A stretch of DNA of 64,000 nt from an uncultured Bacilli bacterium (lineage in GTDB: Bacteria; Bacillota_I; Bacilli_A; RF39; UBA660), in the NCBI GenBank assembly GCA_905235045.1, contig CAJOJO010000009.1:4241-68240 (forward strand), given 5' to 3'. The translations under genes and the position numbers were made by a program. Below are positions 51,558-61,955 of the stretch, one piece after another (the stretch's first letter is position 1; every line of letters begins with the position of its first letter). The notes under the pieces were generated by a model. It saw nothing but the letters and a program-made list of their open reading frames with translations, made no database searches and was not told where the DNA came from.

Positions 51558-54500
51558 TTATCTTACAAAAGTTATTTTAGCAAATCCGTCGCCTTCATTA
51601 CCTGTCATAACTGTAGTACCATCATGAGTTGGCATTTGGGTTAAACCACCACGTTCTGTAGTCCATTTATATCCTTCACCATCTATCATTTTTGTACTTG
51701 TAAATTTATATCCAGTATATGAATATGAATCTGATACAGATGAAGCTGTTGTTGCGACTGGAGTTCCTGATGAATTTACAGCTATACAACCATTATGACC
51801 TGAGATATATGATGATCCACCGGATGTTGTAGCACCAACATATGAAGCACCAGCTGCTCCATACCAGCCAGAACCTCCACCGTTACATGACCAGTTTTGA
51901 TATCCGTTACCACCTTTACCAAAGCTTCCAGATTGACCAGGATAACTTGTATAAGGTGTACCACCAACAGTTTGATTTGGTAATCTGGATACCTTATATG
52001 ACATTGCTGAAGCACCACCGTTTCCTAGAATACCTTCAAGTCCGCCGCCTGCACCATCCCAAGCAGTCCAATCAGCGCCATTATAACTACTAGCGCCAGC
52101 TCCTCCAGCGGCTACCATAATTCTAGAATATAAACTAGTAGCATTATTCCATTCAAGTCCATCACCTATAACCCGAATGTCAGTGGCTCCACCGCCTGCA
52201 TAACCAAAACCACCGCCAGCACCATAACCAGCTCCGCCGCCATTATATCCAGCATTTGTTCCGTGTCCTCCTTGGCCACCAACAAATAAATATAATTTTG
52301 TTCCTTTTTCTAATCGGATTTCACCTTTAGTGTATCCTCCAAGACCACCTTTAATTGTACTGTTTAATGATCCACCTGATGCTCCCCATAATTCAATTTT
52401 ATAAGTTCCCGTTATTGGAGCAATAAATGGTTGATAAGTTGCAGCTCCCCAATATGTCCAAGTTGATTCAGAATTTATAATATTTTCCGCATAGTTGTTT
52501 TTTGTTTCTTTTTTAACTAGCATTACTCTTGCATATCCATTTCCACTATTACCAGCAACCATTTCACTAGTTAAGTGTTGTTTCATATTTACTTTACCTT
52601 TTCGATCAATTGTCCATTCGTAACCTTCACCATCAATCATTTCCGTATCAGTAAATATGTATCCAGTATATGAATAAGCACTACCGTTATGAACACCATC
52701 TTCATTTAGTGAGTCACAACCTAAGTGACCTGAAATATATGATGATCCACCAGCTATAACTGAACTTACATAGGAACCTCCAGCTGCTCCATACCAGCCA
52801 GAACCTCCACCGTTACCTTGCCAGTTTTGATATCCATTTCCACCTTTGCCAAAATCACCATTTTGTCCGGCGTAATATGTAAATGATGTTCCTGGTAAAC
52901 CTTGCCCGGCTAGTGTTCCGGATTTATTGTTGGTAGCCGATGTTCCTCCGGATCCCATTAATCCCTTCAAACCACCACCAGCGCCACCATAGGCAAAATA
53001 ATCAGCACTATAATTACTAGCACCAGCTCCACTAGCAGCAACCATAATTCTACTTCTCAATGAAGTAATTTCGTCCCATGTTGTTGATGGTGATGTTCCC
53101 ACAGAACGAACATCGGTAGCACCTCCACCACCAGAAGTATTAATAGCGCTAGCATAACCAGAACCTCCACCATTCCAACTACCATTTTTTGTACCTTGAT
53201 GTCCTACATAAAAATACAATTTTGTTCCTTTTTCTAAATAAATATCACCTTTAGTATAAGCACCTAATCCACCTAAATAAGTATTTATTGATCCACCTTG
53301 AGCACCCCAAAGTTCAAAACGATATGTTCCATTTGCTGGAGCTGTAAATGTTTGATAATTCACTGCTGCTCCATATGACCAATAAGTATTTAATTCTGCT
53401 ATTTCTTTATTTCTTGTTTCTTCTGATTTATAAATAGGCGTTACTAAAGATATTTTTGCATATCCATTTCCTTCATTACCATCTACTTCACCACTACCTG
53501 ATTTATTTGGCATTTTAATGTATTCACCTTTTACTTTTGTCCATTCATATCCGGTTCCATCTATCATTTTTGTATTAGTAAAATATTTACCCGTCCATGA
53601 TACAGTTTCACCATTAGCTTGACCATTCTTATCGACTGATCCACATCCTTGATGACCTGAGATATATGACGAACCACCAGAGTTGTGACCACCTACATAG
53701 GAACTACCAGCACCACCGTACCAGCCGCCACCGCCGCCGTTACCTTGCCAGTTTTGATATGAATTTCCGCCTATACCAAACCTACCATCTTGCCCAGCAT
53801 AATAACCGCTTGCAATTCCACCACCACCTTGGGTAGCAGGAGTAGATTGAAGTGCTAATGCACCAGCTCCAACTGCAATAGATGTAATTCCTTCAAGTCC
53901 ACCTCCAGCGGCACCATAGCCATAATAATCAGTACTATAATTACTTGCGCCACCACCTCCGGCAGCAACCATAATTCTACTGTTTAATGAAGCTAATTCA
54001 TTCCATATGGTTTCTGCTGATGTCGCAACTGTTCTTACATCAGTAGCTCCACCACCACCGCGATAGGCATATCCGTTTCCGCCACCATTCCAACCACCAG
54101 TAGCGGTAGTAGTAGTACCACCTACATAAACGTATATACTTTCTCCTTCATCTAGATATAAGTATCCAGCTGTATATGCTCCTTTACCTCCATACATTGA
54201 TGCATTAATGGTGTATCCTTGAGCACCCCATAATTCTACATTATATAAACCACTATATGGAGCGGTGAATGTTTGATATTGACCAGTATAATCATATTCC
54301 CAAGCATAACCACTTAAATCATCAAATTCACTAAGTAATACCCATTTATTATCATTAAATACATATGATTCTTTTGGTTGCCATTTTCCATCCTCATATT
54401 GCATTACACATGCCACACCTAATTTACTCTTATCATTTTTTATTACATTATCTGCATCACTATTTTGAACAATCCATACATTTCCTTCTTTAGGATTTTC

Positions 54501-55073
54501 AATTCCATCATTAGAAAAATAGTAATCAGTTATTTTTGTATTTGTAATAATTCCAATATAACCCTCTCCACTTTTTTTAGGCATTACATCTGTTGATTCA
54601 TATGCTGTTACACTTAATCTAGTACCAATATAACTTGGTGTTCCAGTTGTTACAAACCCCATAAAATCTTTATCAAAATCATCTGTACATATTCCGTTAT
54701 CTAATATTACATCATTAGAATTTATATCTTTTTTTGCATACCATTTTCCATTATCAATACATACTGCAATGTCAGCATATGGTGTAATTGCAACAAAACC
54801 ATGATCTATTGATCCCTTATAATTTAATTTTTCATATTCGTCGGTTTGTTGATTATTATTAAATGACAAAATACGAAGATCTGAATCTTCGCTCATATAA
54901 CTATTATAATAATATCCTGCTGAATCAATTATTCCGTATACAGAATTTTTTAAAGCACCTTTTTTAGCATTATCAATTACATTTTTTATTACTGGTATTG
55001 ATATTACTAGCACTACTGCTAGTACCACTATTACCGCTAATAATTCTACTAGTGTAAATCCCTTTTTCTTCAT
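51558..55073 (-). CDS. Type IV prepilin-like giant protein with three glycine-rich domains
   Basis: MKKKG/FTLVELLAVIVVL class III signal; three ELWGA-x-G...GGGATD-x-R...SRIMVA...GGSSYISG units. Confidence 0.88.
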   Translation of the reverse strand: MKKKGFTLVELLAVIVVLAVVLVISIPVIKNVIDNAKKGALKNSVYGIIDSAGYYYNSYMSEDSDLRILSFNNNQQTDEYEKLNYKGSIDHGFVAITPYADIAVCIDNGKWYAKKDINSNDVILDNGICTDDFDKDFMGFVTTGTPSYIGTRLSVTAYESTDVMPKKSGEGYIGIITNTKITDYYFSNDGIENPKEGNVWIVQNSDADNVIKNDKSKLGVACVMQYEDGKWQPKESYVFNDNKWVLLSEFDDLSGYAWEYDYTGQYQTFTAPYSGLYNVELWGAQGYTINASMYGGKGAYTAGYLYLDEGESIYVYVGGTTTTATGGWNGGGNGYAYRGGGGATDVRTVATSAETIWNELASLNSRIMVAAGGGGASNYSTDYYGYGAAGGGLEGITSIAVGAGALALQSTPATQGGGGIASGYYAGQDGRFGIGGNSYQNWQGNGGGGGWYGGAGSSYVGGHNSGGSSYISGHQGCGSVDKNGQANGETVSWTGKYFTNTKMIDGTGYEWTKVKGEYIKMPNKSGSGEVDGNEGNGYAKISLVTPIYKSEETRNKEIAELNTYWSYGAAVNYQTFTAPANGTYRFELWGAQGGSINTYLGGLGAYTKGDIYLEKGTKLYFYVGHQGTKNGSWNGGGSGYASAINTSGGGGATDVRSVGTSPSTTWDEITSLRSRIMVAASGAGASNYSADYFAYGGAGGGLKGLMGSGGTSATNNKSGTLAGQGLPGTSFTYYAGQNGDFGKGGNGYQNWQGNGGGSGWYGAAGGSYVSSVIAGGSSYISGHLGCDSLNEDGVHNGSAYSYTGYIFTDTEMIDGEGYEWTIDRKGKVNMKQHLTSEMVAGNSGNGYARVMLVKKETKNNYAENIINSESTWTYWGAATYQPFIAPITGTYKIELWGASGGSLNSTIKGGLGGYTKGEIRLEKGTKLYLFVGGQGGHGTNAGYNGGGAGYGAGGGFGYAGGGATDIRVIGDGLEWNNATSLYSRIMVAAGGAGASSYNGADWTAWDGAGGGLEGILGNGGASAMSYKVSRLPNQTVGGTPYTSYPGQSGSFGKGGNGYQNWSCNGGGSGWYGAAGASYVGATTSGGSSYISGHNGCIAVNSSGTPVATTASSVSDSYSYTGYKFTSTKMIDGEGYKWTTERGGLTQMPTHDGTTVMTGNEGDGFAKITFVR

Positions 55074-55100
55074 ATAAATATAAGCCTACTTTCTAGTAAT

Positions 55101-55130
55101 ATTATACCCCCCCCCGGTACCTAAAATCAA
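55101..55130 (-). promoter_or_regulatory. Sigma-A promoter with G9 tract in an 18-nt spacer
   Basis: TTGATT-TTAGGTACCGGGGGGGGG-TATAAT. Confidence 0.8.
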
Positions 55131-55312
55131 GACTTAACGTATTTTTCTATCAAACATTTTTTTATTTTACTTAATAATAATTCTAATACTTTTTGTTCCT
55201 TAAAAGATATGGATTATATCTTCTTTAACCGTTAATTCATTCATATAAATCCTCCTTAAGTTTTATATAGTAACAAATTAAGATTAAAAAATATGTCGTT
55301 TTATCAACATAA

Positions 55313-55828
55313 TTAAAAAAACTTATCAAATAATTCTTCAATAAAAAACTTATATTCTACCTTTTCATTAGGTTGTGCTTCCAATAAACATAATGGTGGA
55401 AATAAAACACACCACCAATTATCACCCTCACCTTTACCTAAAGTAACTACTAATGATTCATAATATCCTTCTTTATATATCACTCCACGATATTCTTTAC
55501 TAGGAAAATAATTATTGCCAAAATTAACATTAAATGATTTATCATAATTTTCACTTATTAATAATTCACTTATGTCTTTTTCAATATTACTAATATTACT
55601 TTTAATTATTTCTCTAGCTCTTTTAACACCTTTAGTATTTTTTAATAAATTATACATTTTATATTCTAATAGATTTTTTACTTTCATTTTTATATTTTGG
55701 TCATATTCACTATTACTATTAGGGATAACTCTTAATCTTATTGCATCGTTAGGAATTACAAAATTATCTGCTTTAACACTAGTAATAACCATAAATAAAA
55801 TAACAAATAAAATAAACATTTTTTTCAT
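55313..55828 (-). CDS. spoIIR: Stage II sporulation protein R
   Basis: IRLRVIPNSNS-x-x-DQ-x-x-K, FP-x-K-x-Y, G-x-G-x-G-x-NWWCVLFPPLC. Confidence 0.95.
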   Translation of the reverse strand: MKKMFILFVILFMVITSVKADNFVIPNDAIRLRVIPNSNSEYDQNIKMKVKNLLEYKMYNLLKNTKGVKRAREIIKSNISNIEKDISELLISENYDKSFNVNFGNNYFPSKEYRGVIYKEGYYESLVVTLGKGEGDNWWCVLFPPLCLLEAQPNEKVEYKFFIEELFDKFF

Positions 55829-55877
55829 TAAAAAAATCATCTCCTAATTTAATAGTGATGATTTTTACAATTTTTAT

Positions 55878-56315
55878 TCATTTATGATAAGATTCATTAT
55901 TTAATATTCTAAATGAACGGTATATTTGTTCAAGTAAAATAATTCTAAATAATTGATGAGGGAATGTTAATTTTGAAAAAGATAATTTATAATTACTTCT
56001 TTTTTTTATACTTTCATCGAGACCTAATGAACCACCAATAATAAAAGTAATATTAGAATTATTAAGTAAAATATTATCAATTTTATTTGCTAACTCTAGA
56101 GATGTTAATTCATTTCCTTCTATCTCTAAAGTAATTACGTAATCTTTATCATTAATATGTTTATTAATTAAAGTAGCTTCCTTTTCTAAAACATTACTGT
56201 CATCAACTTCTAATATATCTATTTTAGTATACTTTGATAATCTTTTTAAATATTCATCTATAGCTTCTTTAAAAAATTTTTCTTTTATTTTTCCTACACA
56301 AATTATTTTTATCAT
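55878..56315 (-). CDS. rlmH: 23S rRNA methyltransferase RlmH
   Basis: VGKIKE, FIIGGSLG, TFPHQLFR...EQIYR...YHK. Confidence 0.96.
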   Translation of the reverse strand: MIKIICVGKIKEKFFKEAIDEYLKRLSKYTKIDILEVDDSNVLEKEATLINKHINDKDYVITLEIEGNELTSLELANKIDNILLNNSNITFIIGGSLGLDESIKKRSNYKLSFSKLTFPHQLFRIILLEQIYRSFRILNNESYHK

Positions 56316-57085
56316 ATACTCACTAATTCAGTACTTTCATTTTGGGTTGAAATAATTATATTATTAAAATCTATATTGTTTTTTTTAAGAATATCTTTTA
56401 AAGTTTCTTTTGCTAATTCAGGAGTATTATTATCCTCACTTAAATGAATTAAGATTATCTTTTTTGTTTTTGGACCAATGAATTTAGCTAAATAATTAGC
56501 TGCTTCTACATTATTTAAGTGTCCACGATCACCTAAAATACGTTGTTTTATATGATATGGTCTATTTCCATTCATAAGCATTTCAACATCATGGTTACTT
56601 TCCATAACATAAATATCACGGTTTTTTAAAAGATCAAAATATTTACGATTTATATATCCTGTGTCAGTAATATAAACAATTGAATTAGAATTATTTTCAA
56701 TAATATAACCATTAACATCATCAGTATCATGTGATAACTTTATAGCTTTAATATTTAAATCCTTAATTATAAAATCATCTTCAATAATTTCATAATTAGA
56801 TAAATAAGAAAATAATTCTTCATACATTTTTTTACTTAAATAAACCTTGGTATGATATTTTTTTAAAAACACTTTTAAACCTGATGTATGATCAGTATGT
56901 GTATGAGTTATTAGAATACCATTTAAATCATTTGGATTAATATTTAAAGCTTCTAATTTTTTTTCAATATTACTAGAAGTTAAACCAGCATCAATTAAAA
57001 TTTCAGTATTCGAAGAGGCAATGTATGAAACATTACCCTTCGATCCAGTTGCTAATGCAACTATTTTTAACGATACATTATCCAT
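56312..57085 (-). CDS. walJ: Metallo-beta-lactamase-fold hydrolase YycJ/WalJ
   Basis: GSKGN, THTHTDH, TDTG, ESNHD, GHL-x-N, HLSEDNN; next to rlmH. Confidence 0.85.
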   Translation of the reverse strand: MDNVSLKIVALATGSKGNVSYIASSNTEILIDAGLTSSNIEKKLEALNINPNDLNGILITHTHTDHTSGLKVFLKKYHTKVYLSKKMYEELFSYLSNYEIIEDDFIIKDLNIKAIKLSHDTDDVNGYIIENNSNSIVYITDTGYINRKYFDLLKNRDIYVMESNHDVEMLMNGNRPYHIKQRILGDRGHLNNVEAANYLAKFIGPKTKKIILIHLSEDNNTPELAKETLKDILKKNNIDFNNIIISTQNESTELVSI

Positions 57086-58521
57086 GGATTAATACGATAT
57101 CCTCCCATCCATGGTTTTCCTACCCATACTTCAAAGTGAACATGTGGACCAGTAGCCCAACCTGTCATACCAACATAGCCTATTACTTGACCTTTAGCAA
57201 TGGTTTGTCCTTTAGTTACTGCTTGTTTTTGCATATGACAATAGCAAGTATAGTATCCATTATTATGATCAATGCATACATAATTACCATCTTGATATCT
57301 ATAAGCTACTTCAGATACAACACCATTAGTTACAGCATAAATTGGTGATCCCATACCTGTACCAGCTATATCGATGGCAGCATGTAATTCACGCCATCCA
57401 GTAATTGGATTAATACGATATACATAATCAGATGAAATAATATAACCGCTGTTTGTTGGCCATCCCCAGTTCTTAAGTGAACCAACATTAGAAACATTCT
57501 TATCACCTTTAACTACTACTTCATTGATAACTGGTTCTAATTCAGTTTTAGAAACAGGTTCAACATACGAGATTTCACCATTAACATATTTAATTCTTTG
57601 AGCAATTCGTTCAAGTCCATTTGAACCTTCTTGAATAACACGATAGTCACCCTTTATCATATTACTATCATATTGTACTTCTGTTTGATAAGTAACTTCT
57701 TGATCTTTAACAACATATTCTTCCATTACTATTGAAAGTTGTGGATCAGTAATTCCTATTTTAACAATTTGACCTGGATATAATAAGTTATTTTCGTTTT
57801 TAAAATTAGGATTTGATATTAAAAATTCCGATATTGATATTTGATTATCAAAAGCAACATCAGAAATAGTATCACCTAATTTAACCGTGTAATCTTTTTG
57901 TTCAGTATTTTCACCAAATAGTAAAAACCTTGATAAAGATTGAACATCAGTATAAATATCTTCAGCTACTGATATATTTGTTTTTTTAAATGTAATATCT
58001 TCATCAACATAAATATTTTCTACTTTTGTTCCAGTTGTTTCTATTTCTACTTGATTATTTTCATTAAAAGAAACATATGCATCTTCATTAACAAACGCTT
58101 TTATAGTATTTGTTACAGCTTCACGAAATATATCTTCACTTAATGTATAAATCGTCAAATTTTTATCATCACTCTTAATATTAAATTGGTAACCTTCAAT
58201 AGTAAATGGTTCTTTTTCGGAAATAATTTTATATATTTCTGCTACACTAACTATATTACTATCATAAGTTTCAATTTTTTTAGTTATTAAATCACTTGGA
58301 GCATAAATCTTATTAACACCAAATTTCTTCTTAAATTTATTATTTTGATCATTTATATATTTATCAAGTTCCTTTTTTGATTCAATAACACCAATGACTT
58401 CGTCTTTTAAATAAACTTGATAATATGTATGCGGTGTCGTATCTTTTTTAAAGCCTAGGCTTAAAAAAGCTATTGCAAAACTTAAAATACATATACCAAT
58501 TATTAAGCCTACTTTTTTCAT
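57067..58521 (-). CDS. M23 peptidase with LysM and G5 domains
   Basis: YTVKLGDTI (LysM), G5-like segment, HAAIDIA and TGPHVHFE. Confidence 0.9.
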   Translation of the reverse strand: MKKVGLIIGICILSFAIAFLSLGFKKDTTPHTYYQVYLKDEVIGVIESKKELDKYINDQNNKFKKKFGVNKIYAPSDLITKKIETYDSNIVSVAEIYKIISEKEPFTIEGYQFNIKSDDKNLTIYTLSEDIFREAVTNTIKAFVNEDAYVSFNENNQVEIETTGTKVENIYVDEDITFKKTNISVAEDIYTDVQSLSRFLLFGENTEQKDYTVKLGDTISDVAFDNQISISEFLISNPNFKNENNLLYPGQIVKIGITDPQLSIVMEEYVVKDQEVTYQTEVQYDSNMIKGDYRVIQEGSNGLERIAQRIKYVNGEISYVEPVSKTELEPVINEVVVKGDKNVSNVGSLKNWGWPTNSGYIISSDYVYRINPITGWRELHAAIDIAGTGMGSPIYAVTNGVVSEVAYRYQDGNYVCIDHNNGYYTCYCHMQKQAVTKGQTIAKGQVIGYVGMTGWATGPHVHFEVWVGKPWMGGYRINPWIMYR

Positions 58522-58531
58522 AGCATCCTCC

Positions 58532-59869
58532 TTAATCCTCTTTTAAATAACCTTCAAATTTACTTATATCTCTTTTAAAGATTAAATCGATTGTCGCAGT
58601 TGGACCACTACGATGCTTAGCAATTATAAATTCACTTTTACTTGTATACTCATCTATATCTACTTTTTTTGTATAATAATCTTCACGATATAAGAAAGCA
58701 ACAATATCAGCATCTTGTTCAATAGAACCAGATTCTCTTAAATCACTCAAAATTGGACGTTTGTCTTCTCTTTGTTCTACACTACGTGATAATTGCGCTA
58801 AAGCAATAACTGGAACTTCTAATTCCATAGCTAAAGTTTTTAAGGAACGAGAAATTTCGGATATTTCTTGTTGTCTATTACCTGCATATTTAGCGGAACC
58901 ATTAATTAATTGCAAATAATCGATAATAATTGCTCCCAAATCATTAGTACTAGAAGCTAAACGACGACATTTTGCTCTAATCTCAGCAACTGTCATACCA
59001 GGAGTATCATCAATATAAATTTTTGTATTTCCTAATCTTTCAACTGCTTCATCCATTTTTTTCCAATCATTTTTTTGAAGAGTACCATTTCTTAAACGAT
59101 TTTGTGGGATTTGTCCTTCTGATGCTATCATACGGGTAATTAATTGTTCAGCACCCATTTCCATATTAAATACAGCTACTGTTTTATTATTACGAATAGC
59201 AATATTAGTAGCTAAATTTAAAGCAAATGAAGTTTTACCCATTGCTGGACGAGCCGCAATAATAATTAATTCATTAGGATGTAAACCCGATGTTTTATTA
59301 TCTATTTCATCAAAACCAGTAGATAAACCAGTTATTTCACCACCTGACATTGACAATTTTTCAATATCACTTTGTGCTTTTGTTAAAACATCTTGAATTT
59401 TACGAAATTCAGTTCCTCGTCTTGTTTTAACAACATTAAGCATTTTCTTTTCAGCATTATCTAATAATTCATTTAATGTCTCAGAAGAAGAATAACCATC
59501 TTTTTCTATTTCTAATGATGTTTCAATTAAACGACGACGAATAGCTTTTTCTAAAACTATTTTTATATATTCATCAATATTAGCAGGAGAAGCAACACTA
59601 CTAATTATTTCTCCTAAATACTCCATACCACCTATTTGTTTAAGTAAGTCTCTTTTTTCTAATTCGGCTGTAACAGTAGTGATATCAATAGGTCTATTTT
59701 GATCTTTTAAATCACATAAAACTTCAAATATTTTTGCATGACTATCTAAATAGAATAAACTTTTATCTAATTCTTCCATTGCTTTTTCAATTGCGTATTT
59801 AGATAAAAACATCGATCCTAATACTGATTGCTCTGCTTCAATACTATGTGGCATCATTTTATCTTGCAT
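58532..59869 (-). CDS. dnaB: Replicative DNA helicase
   Basis: PHSIEAEQSVLG, ARPAMGKT, IDYLQL, DLRESGSIEQDAD. Confidence 0.97.
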   Translation of the reverse strand: MQDKMMPHSIEAEQSVLGSMFLSKYAIEKAMEELDKSLFYLDSHAKIFEVLCDLKDQNRPIDITTVTAELEKRDLLKQIGGMEYLGEIISSVASPANIDEYIKIVLEKAIRRRLIETSLEIEKDGYSSSETLNELLDNAEKKMLNVVKTRRGTEFRKIQDVLTKAQSDIEKLSMSGGEITGLSTGFDEIDNKTSGLHPNELIIIAARPAMGKTSFALNLATNIAIRNNKTVAVFNMEMGAEQLITRMIASEGQIPQNRLRNGTLQKNDWKKMDEAVERLGNTKIYIDDTPGMTVAEIRAKCRRLASSTNDLGAIIIDYLQLINGSAKYAGNRQQEISEISRSLKTLAMELEVPVIALAQLSRSVEQREDKRPILSDLRESGSIEQDADIVAFLYREDYYTKKVDIDEYTSKSEFIIAKHRSGPTATIDLIFKRDISKFEGYLKED

Positions 59870-59873
59870 ACTA

Positions 59874-60317
59874 TCACTCCTTTACAACATTAATTTTTAT
59901 TATCGCTACAACCTTTTTATGAAGATGAATTTCTACATCATGTGTTCCCAAAGAAACAATATCATGATCCAATTTTATAGCTGTTCTATCAATACTATAT
60001 CCTAAAGCATTGATAGCTTCTTTGATTTGTTTAGTTGATATTTTACCAAACATGGTATCATTTTGTCCGGTTTTAACTTTAAAAATAATTTTTTCGTTTT
60101 CTAATTTTTGCTTTAATTTTTCCATTTCGCTAATTAAAACATTTTCTTTTTCAGTTTCCTTTTTAATTTGTCCTTTTACATATCCTAAGTTGTTATCGGT
60201 AGCAGGTAAAGCATATCCATTTTTAATGAGGAAATTTTTTGCAAAACCATCTTTTACTTCTTTTATTTCATTCTTTTTGCCTTGCCCTTTAACATCTTTT
60301 ATAAAAATTACTTTCAT
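59874..60317 (-). CDS. rplI: 50S ribosomal protein L9
   Basis: [15 protein letters not shown]...[10 protein letters not shown]. Confidence 0.96.
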   Translation of the reverse strand: MKVIFIKDVKGQGKKNEIKEVKDGFAKNFLIKNGYALPATDNNLGYVKGQIKKETEKENVLISEMEKLKQKLENEKIIFKVKTGQNDTMFGKISTKQIKEAINALGYSIDRTAIKLDHDIVSLGTHDVEIHLHKKVVAIIKINVVKE

Positions 60318-60391
60318 AAAATTCACCTCAAACCATGTAATAATATTATACTATAATTTTATGATAAAGTCTTTATATTTAAGAAAAAAAA

Positions 60392-61297
60392 CTAATCTTT
60401 AATACGATTAGCTAACTCTTTTATTTTTTTAAAGCGATGATAAATTCCCGATTTAGTAATTTTTTTACCAGTTTCTAAGGAAATTATTTCACTTAATTCC
60501 AATAATGAAACTTCTGGATACTTTAAACGATAAACTGCTACTTCTCTAGTTTTATCATCTAATAATTCTAATCCGCCAATACTTTCTATTTTATGTATCT
60601 CTCTTATTTGTTTACTAGCTGTCTCGATTATTTTATCAACATTAGCTTGCTCACAATTATTTAAGCGGTTAGTCATATTTTTATGATCACGATATATTCT
60701 TATATCTTCATAGTAAAATAAGGCGTTTGTTGCTTGCATCAAAATAAGAAAGTCACTTATTTTTTCAGCTTCTTTTATATAAACCATATATTTATTATCT
60801 CTTTGAATAAATTTACTATTTAATCTAAATTTATTAAGTAAATTTGAAATAAATTCTGCATATTCCTTATTACTAACAATAAATTCTAGATGGTATCGTG
60901 ATGTTTTAGGATCATTAATACTTCCAACGCTTAAAAATACACCACGTAAATATGAACGCGCTAAATCCTCATCATCATACAAATATTCTTTAGGAATATT
61001 ATTATTTAATTCTAAATCAGATAAAATAAAATCAACTTTTGTATTTATTTCTAATAAATAAATTAAATTTTTATTAAAATTATAACCTTTACGTACAGTT
61101 ACTTTAATAGGTATATGATACATATCTTTTAGTAAACTAAATATACGTCGTGATACACTAGCATTTTCACTCGTAATGGTTATTTTATCATTAATGTTAC
61201 CAATATTTTTAATAATAGCTGATAATTCGGATATTTTTTCAACATCGATTATATCAAGTTTACTTATTTCGTTTTTAACTGTACTTGTGAATGACAT
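60392..61297 (-). CDS. whiA: DNA-binding protein WhiA
   Basis: MSFTSTVKNE, YLRG-x-FL-x-x-GS-x-x-DP...YHLE, NRLNNCEQAN. Confidence 0.95.
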   Translation of the reverse strand: MSFTSTVKNEISKLDIIDVEKISELSAIIKNIGNINDKITITSENASVSRRIFSLLKDMYHIPIKVTVRKGYNFNKNLIYLLEINTKVDFILSDLELNNNIPKEYLYDDEDLARSYLRGVFLSVGSINDPKTSRYHLEFIVSNKEYAEFISNLLNKFRLNSKFIQRDNKYMVYIKEAEKISDFLILMQATNALFYYEDIRIYRDHKNMTNRLNNCEQANVDKIIETASKQIREIHKIESIGGLELLDDKTREVAVYRLKYPEVSLLELSEIISLETGKKITKSGIYHRFKKIKELANRIKD

Positions 61298-61304
61298 ATT
61301 ATCA

Positions 61305-61955
61305 CTACCATTCTATTTCTTTAAGGTTATTATCCTTTAAAAATTTATTTGTTTTAGAAAATGGTTTACTTCCAAAGAATCCTCTTGAAGCAGATAAAGG
61401 ACTTGGATGAACATTCTCAATTATAAGATGTTTTTTATTTTTTATTAAGCTTTTTTTACTACGAGCATAACTACCCCAAAGAATAAAAACTAAAGGGTCT
61501 TCTCTTTCACCTAATAATTCTATAACACGATCAGTAAAGATTTCCCATCCTTTATCCTTATGTGATAAAGGTTTATCTTTAACAACTGTCATGATTGAGT
61601 TTAATAATAAAACTCCTTGTTTTGCCCAAGGTGTTAAATCTGTAGATGTTTTTTTTATTCCTAAATCACTTTCTAATTCTTTAAAAATATTACGTAAAGA
61701 AGGAGGCATTGGAACTCCTTCTTGAACAGAAAAAGATAATCCATGAGCTTCATTTATACCATGGTAAGGATCTTGTCCTAAAATTACAACTTTCACTTCA
61801 TTATAATCAGTATAACGGAAACAATTAAAAATATCTTTATATTTTGGATAAATAGTCTTTTTTTTATATTCATCTTTAACAAATATGCCTAGTTTTTTAA
61901 AATAATCTTTTTTGAATTCACTTTCTAAAACTTGATCCCACTTTTTATTTATCAT
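61305..61955 (-). CDS. ung: Uracil-DNA glycosylase
   Basis: GQDPYHG, PPSLRNI, HPSPLSA. Confidence 0.97.
   Translation of the reverse strand: MINKKWDQVLESEFKKDYFKKLGIFVKDEYKKKTIYPKYKDIFNCFRYTDYNEVKVVILGQDPYHGINEAHGLSFSVQEGVPMPPSLRNIFKELESDLGIKKTSTDLTPWAKQGVLLLNSIMTVVKDKPLSHKDKGWEIFTDRVIELLGEREDPLVFILWGSYARSKKSLIKNKKHLIIENVHPSPLSASRGFFGSKPFSKTNKFLKDNNLKEIEW

Noticed and set aside
55860..55900. rlmH 3' end as an SCC-type attachment site
   Set aside because: spoIIR follows within about 50 nt, with no insertion or repeat, so the site appears empty
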